64,000 nucleotides of DNA from positions 496,001 through 560,000 of the forward strand of contig JBPGPT010000008.1 of the NCBI GenBank assembly GCA_051047955.1, read 5' to 3'. This document shows, one piece after another, positions 1 to 12,600 of the stretch. The notes beneath the pieces were generated by a model. It ran no database searches and was not told the DNA's origin. It saw only the letters and a program-made list of their open reading frames with translations. Each line of letters begins with the position of its first letter. Positions within the stretch are counted from its first letter, which is position 1. This DNA is from Cystobasidiomycetes sp. EMM_F5 (Eukaryota). A program made the position numbers and the translations under genes.

Positions 1-796
1 GAATCCGAGGCCTAGGAGGGTGTAGGATATAAGGAGCACGGGCAGAGATGCTCGAACCGATATTGCGCAGTATGACAGGACAACCGACCCAGCAGAAGCA
101 CTTGACAGAATTGCTAGGACGTATACGTTAGCTATAGCCACCATCGAATATGCCACTTGCCCACCAGTAGCGGGGTACAAAGCTGTAGGAGGTAGATTCT
201 CGACGCTGACTTTCTCCATCCGGATCATGATCCAGTAGGGGAGAAAGGCAGCTACGAGCGAGATCGCTACGTCACAATACCAGAGGACCATGATAGCATT
301 CCCCCACCCGTACCAGTCTTTGCCCAGAACGAGAGCGGTCATCTCGATCAGTGTGCTGATTGAGATGCTGACGGTACTGATATAGTCCGTCTGCTCGGGT
401 TCCTCCTCGAAGTGAGCCACTGTTGATGAGGGGAACAGTGCTATTCGTACGCCGAAAGTGACGACTATTGCCGTGAAGATGAGCAGATCCAGCATCCACA
501 CGATGATTGACAGGATGCCGAGACCGTTGAATTGGTATGGCAGAGTTTGCAGATTCACGGCGAGAATCTGAATGTCATCATCAATCGCAGGTTGTCTTCG
601 TTTGCAGAGCCCCACTCACCCCAGTTCCCCTGTATGGATGGGAATGACATCAGTATAAAAGGAGAGAAGCGCTTCAGAACTTGGCTCGGATGCAACACCA
701 AGGGAATTATTCGTACATGCAGAAGAGGAAGAACTGCGCGCTAAAGTTGGCGAGAGCTGTCTGTCCTGCATGGGGTTGGGACCAGTGATTGTGCAT
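1..796 (-). CDS. SLAC1/TDT-family C4-dicarboxylate/sulfite transporter (Mae1/Ssu1-like), 3' end outside window
   Basis: Manual splicing gives ALANFSAQFFLFCMGTG...QFNGLGILSIIVW...DYISTVSISISTLIEMTALVL...VSVENLPPTALYP...LPVLLISYTLLGLGF, the TM pattern of fungal TDT transporters. Start codon (796) is uncertain. Confidence 0.75.
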
Positions 797-1343
797 GACC
801 GGTATCAGCCAGAACGGCGAGCAGGGAGGTCAGTCTAGAGTATTGAAGTCAGCGTGTTGGGTCAGTCGAAAGCCAGGATGGTTGTTCATTGCAACTCTTG
901 TTAATCTGACAAGTTGAACATGGTGATTGTCATCCAGATCCAGATCGTCATTTCTTTCAATGATCGCCATCTTGGATCTTGACCTTCTCAGGCGATGCGG
1001 CTTCTGCTCTTGCTTCCTCGGGCCATGTTGGGACAATTGCTGATACTCTGTGCACCATTATGCTCCATGTCTTGCCGATGTCACCGTCTGTTTCCCAACG
1101 GCTATCACTGTCAATTGCGTCAATATCGACTTATCAGTGTACGAAGGGCATAGGTTGGCATGACATCGATGCGATTTGCCAATTGAGGTCTTTCGAATGA
1201 AGAAAGCAATTAACCCGAACAACTCTAGGCATCGTGCCACAGGCATACCACCAGACATTTGCTTCGCATATCACTAACACACAACCGCTTGTCGCCTTCT
1301 TCATGGCTATACTCCGCTTAGGAACAGCTCCCGGTAACGCCTT

Positions 1344-3542
1344 TCACCATCCAAATTCTTCTGGATAGTAGTCTATCGAACCCTTATCCTTCGAGATGGC
1401 CGCTGCACACCCAGCTCGACACGCACCCATCATACCCTCCGGACCAACAGCAACGACGGCGTGATTGCCAGGGCGGCATGTCAGATCACCGATGATTCCT
1501 GTCAAATCCGGACGCGGACCATATTCGATGGAAATATGAGCCAACGGAGCATTATTTTGCTTCTTTTCGAAATTGTGCGATGACGTCGAAGACGCTTGAA
1601 GCGAAGATTGTGATGAGGCTTTGGACGACTTTCCAGTCACATGCAGTATAACGGTGACCCGTTGCTGATCTCGGCCAGCCAGGCGATTGATGTCGTCTAG
1701 TATATCATGCCATCCATCTTCTTCTCGAACTACCCACAGCATGGTGATCACTGGCGGTGGAAGGGTTTGGTTCCGCTTTGCGCCAAGCAGAAGACTCTCG
1801 AGATGAGGAACAGCTGCAGTAACGCCAATGCCGCCTACGATGAGATGGACGTTATCGTATCTATTCAGCGGCAACCCATGTCCATAGGGTCCCTCCAGCC
1901 ATATCCTCCTTTCCACGGGAGTGCCCCAGGGTTGCGTCAGCAGCCTCTCACTAAGCGCATGCGTTATACCCTTCCGTCGCTTGACATAGAAAGTGATTGT
2001 ATTCGGGGCGTCTTTGACGTCCAGTCGGGTGTCCGAGACTGCGACCTGATCTGAAAGCTTGCCTCCCATGTCTGATAATGTTCTGGATGCCATCTCAACC
2101 TCCTCATTGTCACTTGACAGCTCAGCTGCATCTGTCGAACACGAATAGATGGTAAAGGGATGCGATTCCCAAGGCTTGCTCTTGAAGCCACCTCCGAAAT
2201 GCAGGAATGCGTATTGGCCTGCCGTGTATGGCCATGCAGTCGGTAGGCGTGCTGTAATCTTGAGTAGTTTGCCCTCCTCGTCAATCAGAATCTGGGCGCA
2301 AGTACTTCGGAAGCCATTTGATGGTGACCAGCGGAGATTGAAATATAGCAAGCGCGCTATACGCAATAAGCGATCAAACACCCAGACGGCAATGGCTGCG
2401 TACAACCAGTACAGATAGTAGAGCGGACGGTGGAGTACAATGTGATAATAGGATCCGACGATGAAGGCAATGACGAGAATGATGTGGATTACTAGGAAGG
2501 CTTCGTACGCACGCTGTCGAAAGGTTTTGGATGCTTGAACAAGAATCGCACAACCCGCGACGAGAGCGGCAGATCCAGCCCAAGTCAGCGGCTTCAGCCA
2601 TCTATTGCCAATTTGCGCGCCGCTGAGTCAGCCCGTAGTTGCGATGTATGTGCCGCAACTATGCTCACAAGACCTGAACCGTTTCATTGATAGTATAGCT
2701 GGCAGAGTGTATGATGGCGAGTGCAACACACGTCCTTCCCATCCACTTGTGAAAGACGTTGAAAGTTTTGAATGAACTGCCGGTCAGCCAGATGAGGATA
2801 TTGTTCCGCCCAGCGAAGCTGCAGTGAAATACGGATCAGAGTACGATATACTCAGGCTCTTATCGTTACTGACGCAATCAGGAGAGGCATATTGCTGTGG
2901 AGCTTGACTTTATTAAAGTCATCCTAACTTTGTTTCGGATGGCTTGACTCACCCGAAAGCAAGCATCCCTGCCCGGTCAGCGACATAACGACTCAGATTC
3001 GCAGACGTGGAGCCATAGTAAGGTACGGCCAAGCAGGCGATATTCGTAGCGAGGTACAAGATCAGAAGTAGCGTCTCAAGCCTTGTCGGGACGGAAAGGG
3101 CAATATTGCAGAAGGACGGCGCTGGACGTGCATGCTTGCCGAGAAGAGCGGGTAGAGTAATGTAAGAGGCAATAGCGACCGACAATGGCGAGGTCTTTTG
3201 TGCAGAGGCAGAACCTTTTTCAGTTGAATACGACCGATGTCGTCGAGAGCGGTAGATGATGTCGAAAGCTGCGACGAGGAGGATGGAGCCGATGATTGCT
3301 GCTGTCATTGAGTATCTGTGCGTTCGTTATAGTGAGTAATGTCGCGCCAAAAGTATTTGAGCTATGCGAACGCACGAATAGGTATTGACAAATGCAATAT
3401 TGTCGTTTATTGTCCAGCCGTTGATGATTTGCTGCTTTCCGGGAGCCGGTGCGGCACTTGCACTTGCTCCCGGTTTGCTTTGAGCAGCTGCAGAGAGCAT
3501 GAGAGTCGAGGGCAGCAGGAGGGTTTGCAAGATTGACGGCAT
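1344..3542 (-). CDS. Ferric/cupric reductase (FRE/NOX family), multi-exon
   Basis: Signal peptide MPSILQTLLLPSTLMLSAAAQ; TM region (ADRAGMLAFG, HKWMGR); FAD motif HPFT; EGPYG; NADPH motif VGGIGVT; C-terminal EEFGW. Confidence 0.92.
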
Positions 3543-3820
3543 CTTGGACACGTTTGAAGTTCGACGACGATAAGGATGGTACAAGTCGAGGACGAAGAAA
3601 AGAAGAGTGATCTTTGCGTCTGCAATTCCTTCTCAGCTTCTTTGCGGTCTTCCTTCCGCAAAGATTTCTAGCGAAAAAGTCCGAGCTCCGAGGGTATCTC
3701 ACGCTAGCTGATCAGCCTCATCGTGCACCCAAGCTTTTTCCGCTTGTAGCGTGCAGTCACCTGGCATGTCCGCTTCGCAGCATAAATTCATCGATCAGCT
3801 GAGAAAGTGACCCTAGCTTG

Positions 3821-3829
3821 ATCTGATAA
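3821..3829. promoter_or_regulatory. ATCWGATAA iron-responsive GATA repressor site (SreA/Urbs1/Fep1 type)
   Basis: Exact ATCTGATAA about 280 bp upstream of the ferric reductase ATG. Confidence 0.6.
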
Positions 3830-4245
3830 GATTGGGTCGGACGATGCGGCGGACGAGCAGAGATGGGGACAGATTAGATCCGAGGAACATGAAGAGGGTC
3901 ATATACAGGAAGAAGGAGGCTGACGGTGCAGTTGAATGTAATATTCAGAGCATATCGAGGTCTCGGATGAGGCGACCACTGGCTGTCCCTTTTCAATAAC
4001 GACGGCGAAAAGAAACCTTGAAGCAGACTGAACAGAGCTAGTATCCAGCACGCCCGCTGTCGATACAATACCGAGGATATCGAACATCTCCACCTCGTGC
4101 TTCGCCGTCGACATTTACCGAGATGCGCTTTGACGTCGCAAGTCGCTCGAGCGGTCGCACAGCCCACCACCACGATATGGACGACGAGCTTCGAGCTGCT
4201 GCTGCTTGCTTTCAGGACATACTGATGATTTGCTGATGCTCCATC

Positions 4246-7200
4246 ATGACTGTCCACGCCGTCGTCTCTGCTGCGACGGCGGGTCCACCAGCTTCGACGG
4301 CCTGTCTACGCGCAATTGAGGACAGTCGAGTCGCCTGGCTGGCTGATCTGAAGACTCTGCTGAGAGAAGCGAGAAGGCGGTTCGCAGATGTGTCGTGGGC
4401 TGTCGCAAGTACTAGCAACCAGGCTGGCGAGGTTGTATACGGGCACCGCGGTGTGTGATGATTGAGCTTTAATTCGGCTAGTATCACTGACAGGCCATCA
4501 CAGCAATCCTGTACGCTCGAGCTAATGCCGCCTTTCAAGCGAGATTCCTCAACCCAAACGGCAATGCAAGACTGCAGGCAATCATGTCGGGCTCAAACAT
4601 CGAATTGCCCTCGTCGCCACCGAGTCCATCAGCAGACTCGCCCGGACTGACGCCAATTCAGCTCCACAATACCGAGCAGGCCTTGTTTAGTGCCCTCTTG
4701 GAGCTCCTCTACACTGCGACCAGCGAGTCGGGCGAATTGTTTGCCTTTCTGTCCGAGGAGCAGATGTTTACACAGGCTCATAAAGCGGGGACAGAGGGGT
4801 TGGCGCAGGTGAGCTACACATGAAAACCAGATTGCCATATCATACCTGATCCAGGTCAATCTACAGGACCTGCTGTTTGCATGGCGTTCAAAGCTCTTTG
4901 CGGATGTTCAGATTCACCTCCAAGACACCACCGCCCTGATTCCCGACGAAGACGGCCCCTCACATTCCGACATACCGGAAGCATCACAAGAATGCGTGTT
5001 CTCTGCACATCGGTCCATTCTGAGCGTGCGCTGTCCATATTTTGCCTCCTTGCTGTTGTCCCCGTATGCAGACAGCGAAGCTACTTCCTTTACACTGCCA
5101 TCCCCGCCATTCACCGCGGTGTCCCTACACTACATTCTCACCTATATCTACACTGGTACGCTGTCGCTGAATACTCGTTTGATGGATCTGTCCATCGCTA
5201 TGGACGTGTGGAGAGGCGCCCAGTATCTTGGCATGGACATTCTGCTCAACGATGTCGAAGCTCGCATGTCCGACATGTGCCATAGCTACAAAGGCTGTGA
5301 CAGAGCCTGTCGACGTCGGTCAGCTCGCGTATTCGCGTTTGCCCTTGCATCAGACGTCAATTCTACCAAGCTACAAGCTCTCAGTCGACCCGTCGTCATC
5401 AACCATTTTGGCGACGCATGGGACGAAGAAATTGGACAACTCTCATACGATCAACAAAAGTCTCTGCTTACAGATCTGTGTACACGTACTACTGCCGAGA
5501 CGGCGACAAGCGCTTTTACTGGCATATGCCGATTGCGATCCCGACTCGCCAACGAGCGTCAACCGTGGGCAGATCATATTCGAGCAATGCTGCTTCCACT
5601 CCAGGACCGAGTGACGTATATTATTCGAACGAATCTCTCAGAACTCGTGATATCGCCTGCTTTCGTGGCACTCATTGACGGTGTAGGGTTCGCTTACGAC
5701 GTATTGGAGAAGTTGCTGGAGCTCGTGGTGGTCAGTTTGACGGAGAGTACTGCTCCAGCTACGTACGAGGTATTGGTAGGCAAAGTGCTTCTAAGAGAAG
5801 ATGGTCTGCATGTCGACGCTAGAGCCAGAGTCGAGGATGCGCGCAAGGCTATTATCGAGTACCTCAGGAAGCGATGGATCAATGCTCGATCAGCAAATGC
5901 ATTCAACGCGCTCGAAAATTGGTGTCTAAAGGAACTTAGTGACGGTCAGTCTGGTACCGCATACCAATTCTAATAGCCTGATGTTTCGTCATTGTCTTCT
6001 GCAGAATTAGAACAGCCTGTTGACGACCTCTTACTGGCCCAAGCCGCTCCGCCCGTAGCAAAGTCGAGATCCTCAGCTGGGAAGCCGCGATTGTCATCGA
6101 CCAAATTCCACAAGCTCGACCAAGGCGATTATTCATTTGCGACCGGACCGCCTTCCCTCCACGCAACCGTCGTCAACCGCACCGCTGCGCGCAAATCGGT
6201 CGGTTCAAACCTGACTGTGCGGTCATCAGCGTCCGCCAACGGTGGTGTCAAGGCTGGGTCTACAGCAAATATCAGTGAGCAACCGCAGCTAGCACCTGCC
6301 GCCCGCGTTCGGAAGCTTCCGACTGCTACATCAGCAGTGATCCCGGTACCAAATGCTGCAATGTCACCTCTGACTCCCCCACAAACACCACCGCCGCTGC
6401 CTGCTGCAGACACTTCTTCCGCATCTGAGGTCGACAGCGAAGCCGTGCATCAACCTACTCTGGCTCAAGAGACCAATGCGCAGAAGGCGCCACCCGTGAT
6501 TTTGGGGAGAGCTTCGGCGTCAGACTCCAGGCCAAAATCAGCAACATCAGTGAGGTCGACTAGGTCGCCTGCAAATAGAGTGGTGGCTGGCACCACTTCG
6601 CCCAACAGGGTTGTGAAGGACGCCGATTCGGTACGTCCGAGCAGCTCGCATTCCACACGCTCCACAACAACACAGCACAGGATCGCTACTAGAACGTACG
6701 AGCCTCCTTTGCCACCTCAATCTGCTGTACGAAGCGTAGCTACGTCTGTTGGTGGTAACCACAAATTTGCGGCAGCGTCAACAAATTCCATACGAAGTAC
6801 GTCTGGGACGTCATCGACCCCAACCGGTCGGACTTTGCCAGCCAAGCCAAGCCCTCGCAATGAAATAACGAGCGTAGCTTCCACGCCCTCATCGACGGCA
6901 GCTACATCTGTACGCCAGCGCACGGTCTCTGCTTCATCGACTGCGACAGTCAAGAGTACTCAGAGGCCTACGGGAATGTCTTCTCCAAAAGCTCTCTCTG
7001 CAAAGTCAATTCGGTCGACAGCAGGAAACGGCAAGACGACTTCAACTTCGCCATCTACGCCGCTGAAAGCGCGACCGAAGGCCGTCGTGGCGGAAGGGGT
7101 TGCGCAGGGAAAAGGCGCCTCGGCTTCGGCACAGCCTGTCAACATCGAGCGGCGAGAGCAAGGTAAAGCTAAAGCTGTTCGGGAAGCGCCAGGAACGACC

Positions 7201-7679
7201 TTAAAAGTTGGCATTCCTTGCGTCATCACTATTGGTGCTTCGAAGCTGCGTGGAACGGTCCGCTACCTAGGAGAGACCTTTTTCGATGCCGGCGTTTTTG
7301 TTGGCGTCGAGGCAGTTGCGGAGGAGACTGATCCTTCTCAAGACATGCATTGGAATGACGGTACAGTTGATGACGTCAGAGTGAGGTTTGCTCGCACTTT
7401 GAAGTCGGCGTTTTTTGATTTCCCTTCTGCACCAGTATTTCCAGCTCGAATCGTCTCTAAACAGTAGTCCTGCCGCGAAAAGCTTGACAGTTCCGCAAGG
7501 CAAGCGTGCAAGGCCTTCTCTCATAAGTAATGGACGGAGCACGCCAGTCGGGAACGCGACAGTAATAACCAAGGGCATCTTCGTCCGACCGAATCAAGGT
7601 GAGCATAGGCTCACGCGTAATGTTTCGCATAGCTACCTGCAACTGAGTACTTGCTATCCCAGTCCTGTACGTGTTCTAA
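4246..7679 (+). CDS. BTB/POZ-domain protein with S/T/P-rich linker and C-terminal CAP-Gly domain
   Basis: BTB signature FSAHRSILSVRCPYFASLL...LHYILTYIYTGTL; CAP-Gly RGTVRYLGETFFDAGVFVGVE...WNDGTVDDVR...GIFVRPNQ; several introns. Confidence 0.8.
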
Positions 7680-8006
7680 GTAATTGTCAAAATTATTTCC
7701 AGCTTGGAAAAGCTATTCTAGCGTGGTAATCACTCGACGCGATAGTCCTATAGTCAAAGTCCGTCTCCACCATGCTTGCGTGAATAACGGCTAAATACAG
7801 AGATGAAAATGTCAAGCACACTGTAGTCAGCAGTCGGTAGGGTATTAGCTGGCCGTATCGCAACCACTGTGATGCGCTGTCAATGGAGAGAAGTAAATTC
7901 TGTTAGTCTCGTTTCAGCGGGATCCCACTTTGCTGCAACCGAGGAGCAGAGCTGAAATTGAGTGAATCATTGCTGCCGTCATGAACGAGAATGCTATCGT
8001 TAGCTG

Positions 8007-8513
8007 TCAGCTGGCGCTCGCATTTACAGCCATGTTGGAGAATACTGTATGTATTCTCAGCCTTGGTGAAGTTCCCACGCCAAATGTCAGCCCAGTACAC
8101 TCGCAGCGCTTCCACACCACGCCAAAGCCAGCTCTTAAGCATCTCTTGCAGCGTCGTGTTTGCATCCAGCTGACGGCGTTTTCTTGAGTGTGCTCTGCCC
8201 CATGGTCAGAACGCGAGGTCAGAATGCGACAATGCACCATTTTGCGCTGATGTATCACTACTCTGACTAACGCACCATATGTAACGCTCAACAGGACGCC
8301 CGGATATGGCAAGACGTTGCGGAAGTGCTTCTTGACCGAGGCCAGTCTGGCTGAGTCTCGACATACGGGAACAACCGGGAGAATCGTGGAGACTGTCTCT
8401 GCAGCAAAACAATTGCAAACGAGAGACGCGGCTACTATTGCTAATGCTCATCTTTTTACCATTCCAGTATACTTACCTGCTTCTTCTGGCAATTGTAGAG
8501 GAAATACTTTCAT
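8007..8513 (-). CDS. Hypothetical small spliced orphan gene (~110 aa)
   Basis: ATG at 8513; two canonical-looking introns (8399-8476, 8195-8275) keep the frame: MKVFPLQLPEEAETVSTILP...TYEHTQENAVSWMQTRRCKRCLRAG... No family recognised. Confidence 0.3.
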
Positions 8514-8722
8514 GTCGGGAAGTACTGCTAAATATTGTTTTTGCATCCGACGTACTGTTTATTAGGGAAGGTGTCGGCCGAGCAGCCAGCTCGCTCACAC
8601 CTTGCACACGGGCGTCCCGTTCGCTGCTCTCGCGTCTTCTTTCCGTCTAATCGCTTCGGTCAAGCTCTACTGCTGCTGCACATCGGTGCTACTGTCTGCA
8701 CACTAACACCACAGCTAAAAAC

Positions 8723-9355
8723 ATGTTCAAATCCGCTGCTCTCGCTCTCGCTCTGCTGGCTTCGGCCGTCTCCGGCCAAAACAGCTCGAATACTACCTCT
8801 GGCAATGCCACCATCCTCTTTACAAACCCCATCAGCGGGACCCAGTGGACCTTCAGTCAGAACCAGACTATTCAATGGACGATGCCAACTGCGTCGGACC
8901 CAAAGAACATCTCATTATACGTAGCAAACACCAGGAATATCTCTCTGCTGTAAGCAGTTTGCGGTCTTGCGCGATATCAGACAGCTGAACGACTTGTTTC
9001 GCGATGAAAAGGCCAATGTATCAAACTGCACTTGCGCTCAATATTCCATCTGCTCGTCAAAACTTCTCGTTGGCCAACGTCTCGCTCCCAATTGGCGACA
9101 GCTACGTTATTCTCATGACTTCAATCACAAACGCATCCCTCATCTACGCTCAAGGCGGTCTCTTCAACGTGACCAACTCGACCTCTAGACCTGGATCTAC
9201 GGGCAGCGGATTCGCCCTCCCTAATGCGACAACCTCTGGAAATGCCGTGAGTCGCTGTGCTCGAATATGTTTGATGAACAACGACTGAGTGGGCACTCTC
9301 CTGATTGCAGACGGCACCCATCGTACGCCGTGCCATCCAGAGACTGACCAACTAA
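8723..9355 (+). CDS. Secreted Ser/Thr-rich glycoprotein with Kre9/KNH-like N-terminal Ig-like domain
   Basis: Signal peptide MFKSAALALALLASAVSG; FTNPISGTQW...TIQWT...YVILMTS...IYAQGGLFNV pattern; many N-x-S/T sites; two introns. Confidence 0.7.
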
Positions 9356-9641
9356 GTGGCCAGGGCAAACGAGCATCAGCATAAAACCATGACTAGCATT
9401 GGGCGTTTTGGGTAGGGTGGGGAGATTTGGCATTCATTCAGGCATTTCCAGGAAAAGGCAGCGGCATTACTCTGTAATCAGACTATGCTGGCCATGTTGG
9501 TGAATGCGCAAGCTGTCAGATGCTTCTCGGTCGTGTTTACTGTTTGATTCGATCGTGTACTTTGCGCGAGTAACCTTCAGGACCAATGGACTGTCTCTCC
9601 ATCGAACAACTGCTCATGATATTCTGAATTGATGCAGCAAA

Positions 9642-12600
9642 ATGGACAGCGACGCGCCGTTCAAGTCGCCCAGACCGCCAGCTCCCAGGCGGTCTCGCAG
9701 CAGGTCGCGGCTGGCGGCCACAACAACAACAACAACAACAACAGCTAACCCATACGGTCACGACCAGGCAGCGCTGACGACGAGGTCATTGCTGGAGAGA
9801 CTGGAAGGGCTGCTCGTTGCAAAGAGTAACGAGATCCAGCTGGCAGGCAGACTGGGCGAGGCACTGCTCAATCAACAGGCAGACCTCGAAGCGAGGATAC
9901 GCGATTTGCAGGACGAGGTGCACCACCAGCAGGCTACCAATGGCCGTGCGAATGAAGTCTTTGGCAACGGCGGACGGGACAGCGACGACGAAAGTGTCGT
10001 TGGCATCGAGGTCCGCCAAAGGCTCCAAGCGCTCGAAGCTGAACTCGAGCGATGGAAGGAGGGCAACGATGAGCTATTCAAGGGCGTCGCGTCAGATAGA
10101 CAGAATCTCGACTCGTCTACGTCGGTCAGCGCGGTGAGGATATTTACGTTTGACGACGAAATACGGTGACCTATGCTGAAATTATTACATCGCATAGGCA
10201 AGGAATAACGGTGCAGCCCCGCCGCCTCTACCCTCCACAACATCCTACAAAGCCAGCCTCGATGGTCTAGGAATCTCTGGGCAAGTCGCGCCTAATATAC
10301 CAATGTCAGCAACCGAAGGGGAGAATGGCACAACATCTCCCAGCATGTCTAGGCGACAGCGTAATGCGCAACACCGAGCAATGGACGTCGAATTTGCAGC
10401 AGAGATAGGACAAGGTTTGCTCGTAGAAGTCCGGCGGTTGCAAGCACTACTATCGGAACGAGACGCGACAATTGCTGCCGGCAAAGCGGAGCGTGATGGC
10501 ATGGAGAGGTCGATGGAACAGCTAGCGACATCGCTCAAGACCGTTGAAGAGAATCTCGACAAATTTCGCGAAGAAAATTGGAATCTGGAAATGTCGCAGC
10601 AGGAAATGCAAACGCGCATCTCTGACATGTCTGCCAGCTTGCTGAAGACGGAGAATGAGCGAGCTCGTCTGGCAAAGGAGCTCGCTGCGTCTCGCGAGAT
10701 TCTAGATACGCACAAGGTGGACAACGAACGCTTGCAAGGTCAATTGACAGATTTCAAATCAAAGCACGAAACAGACATGGCTAGCATGCGTCGCACTAAT
10801 GCTGGCCTGCAGCGCGAAAAGACGGATCTGCAAGCTGCTGTCGAGACTGCGACCAAAGAACTGAACCTACGAGCGAGAGGAGTTCGCCGTAGCGTGTCTG
10901 CTGCTTCCGGTGTAAACATACCTGGTGCGATCGACGAGTATGGCAATCCTCTGGGCGAGATGCAAGAATCAGATGAGGAGGATGTCTTTGCTGGACCTCG
11001 TGCTATCCAAGGACGATTGAACGACGACCTCTTCGACGCGGATGGTAACATGCTGTCTGATGCCGGCACGCCTGACGGATCCCCAGCACTACAGCGACGA
11101 GGCCTTGCTAACATACGCGATCAGACCGAAGTGGAGAAGTTGCGGACAACGTTGGCGAATTCCCACAAGACTATACAGACTTTGCGATCTGCGCTGCTCA
11201 GAGAAAAGGAGGCTCGCCTAGCAACAAAGCGCAAAGCTGTCGGAGAGGCTGCGACTAGCGACGACGAGATCCACGACGATGCCGAGGACGACGATGATAG
11301 TCTTCCAGAACAGTTCGAGAACGATGAGAATGATACGCAAATTAGGAGGCAAGGTTTGTCACGTCGCAGCCGTGGCGGGAGAGGAGCTCGAGCGCTGGTG
11401 CCCGTCAGAAGGCTACAGGCTCCGGTCGGGCGCATGCCGCGTGGACCACAGCCTTCGCGATTGTCATCGGAGGTCGAGGTCAACGTAAGCCAATACCAGG
11501 ATGATATCCAGCCAAGCAGCGATGGCGAATCCATACATAACGTGTCCATCATTGATCACGGCGCTCCAGAAGCCTCCATGGCGCTCAGTGAAATGGAAGA
11601 GCTGGCTTCTTTCGAAGACCACGCATCTGCCCAAGGCGACCGCGACATGCTGCGATCCTCCGTTGCATCGTACAACAGTATTTCTGCAATGGACCCCGCT
11701 TTTTCGCAGATACTGCCTCGATCGCATTCGACAGCCTCTACGGCCCGTCAAACATCATTGGGCTCCTTGATGAAAGACCCGCGGCCCACGTCTGCAATGT
11801 TTGCGACCGATTTCAACTTGGCAGATGCTTTAGCGGAGCACACCTCTCGCACTGCGACCAAGAAAGCCATAGACCTGGCTGTTCAGACGGACGCTATCGT
11901 TCAAGATCCTCCTGTCATTCCAGATCCTGTCGTCATCTATCGTGATGTTGAAGTTCACGCTGCTAAACCCTCAATGCAGGAAATTTCACTCCAGACGGAC
12001 GATATCCCGCCGGAGATAATTGAGCCAGTCGTCATCTATCAAGAAGTACGGGTAGAGGTCCCGGCTCCGAGACCGAAGGTTGTTGATCTTGGTGTTCAGA
12101 CGGACAAAGTTGAGCCGGAACGCTTGCCTGCTCCTGAGCCTGTCGTCATCTACAAAGAAGTGCAAGTGCCGGCTCCGAAGGCAGCCACCCAAGATGTCGG
12201 TTTAGAAACAGATGCGATTGTGCCGAAAGTGGTGCCGATTCCAGAACCTGTCATCATCTATCGGGATGTGGAAGTCCTGGTTCAACCCCCTCAACCGGAG
12301 AGGAGAAGTGCCAATACGCAAACCGACGAAGTCGTCGTGCCCAGAGCACCGTCCCCACCTCCACCAACTATTGTATATCGCGACATCGTTGTCGAAGCAC
12401 CAAAGCCTTCTCAACAGGACTCGGTCGTTCAAACCGATGAGATTGTCATTCCACCGCCTCCCACCCCGGAGCCGGTCATCATTTACCGAGATGTGGAAGT
12501 CCTGGTACATCCTCCCAAACCGGATACTAAAGACTCTCAATTCCAGACGGATGAGCTTGTCATGCCGTCTCCGCCTCCTCCCACGATCATATATCGCGAT

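Noticed and set aside
3844..4245. Separate small gene between FRE and the BTB gene
   Set aside because: No coherent ORF or splice pattern; more likely promoter or 5'UTR.
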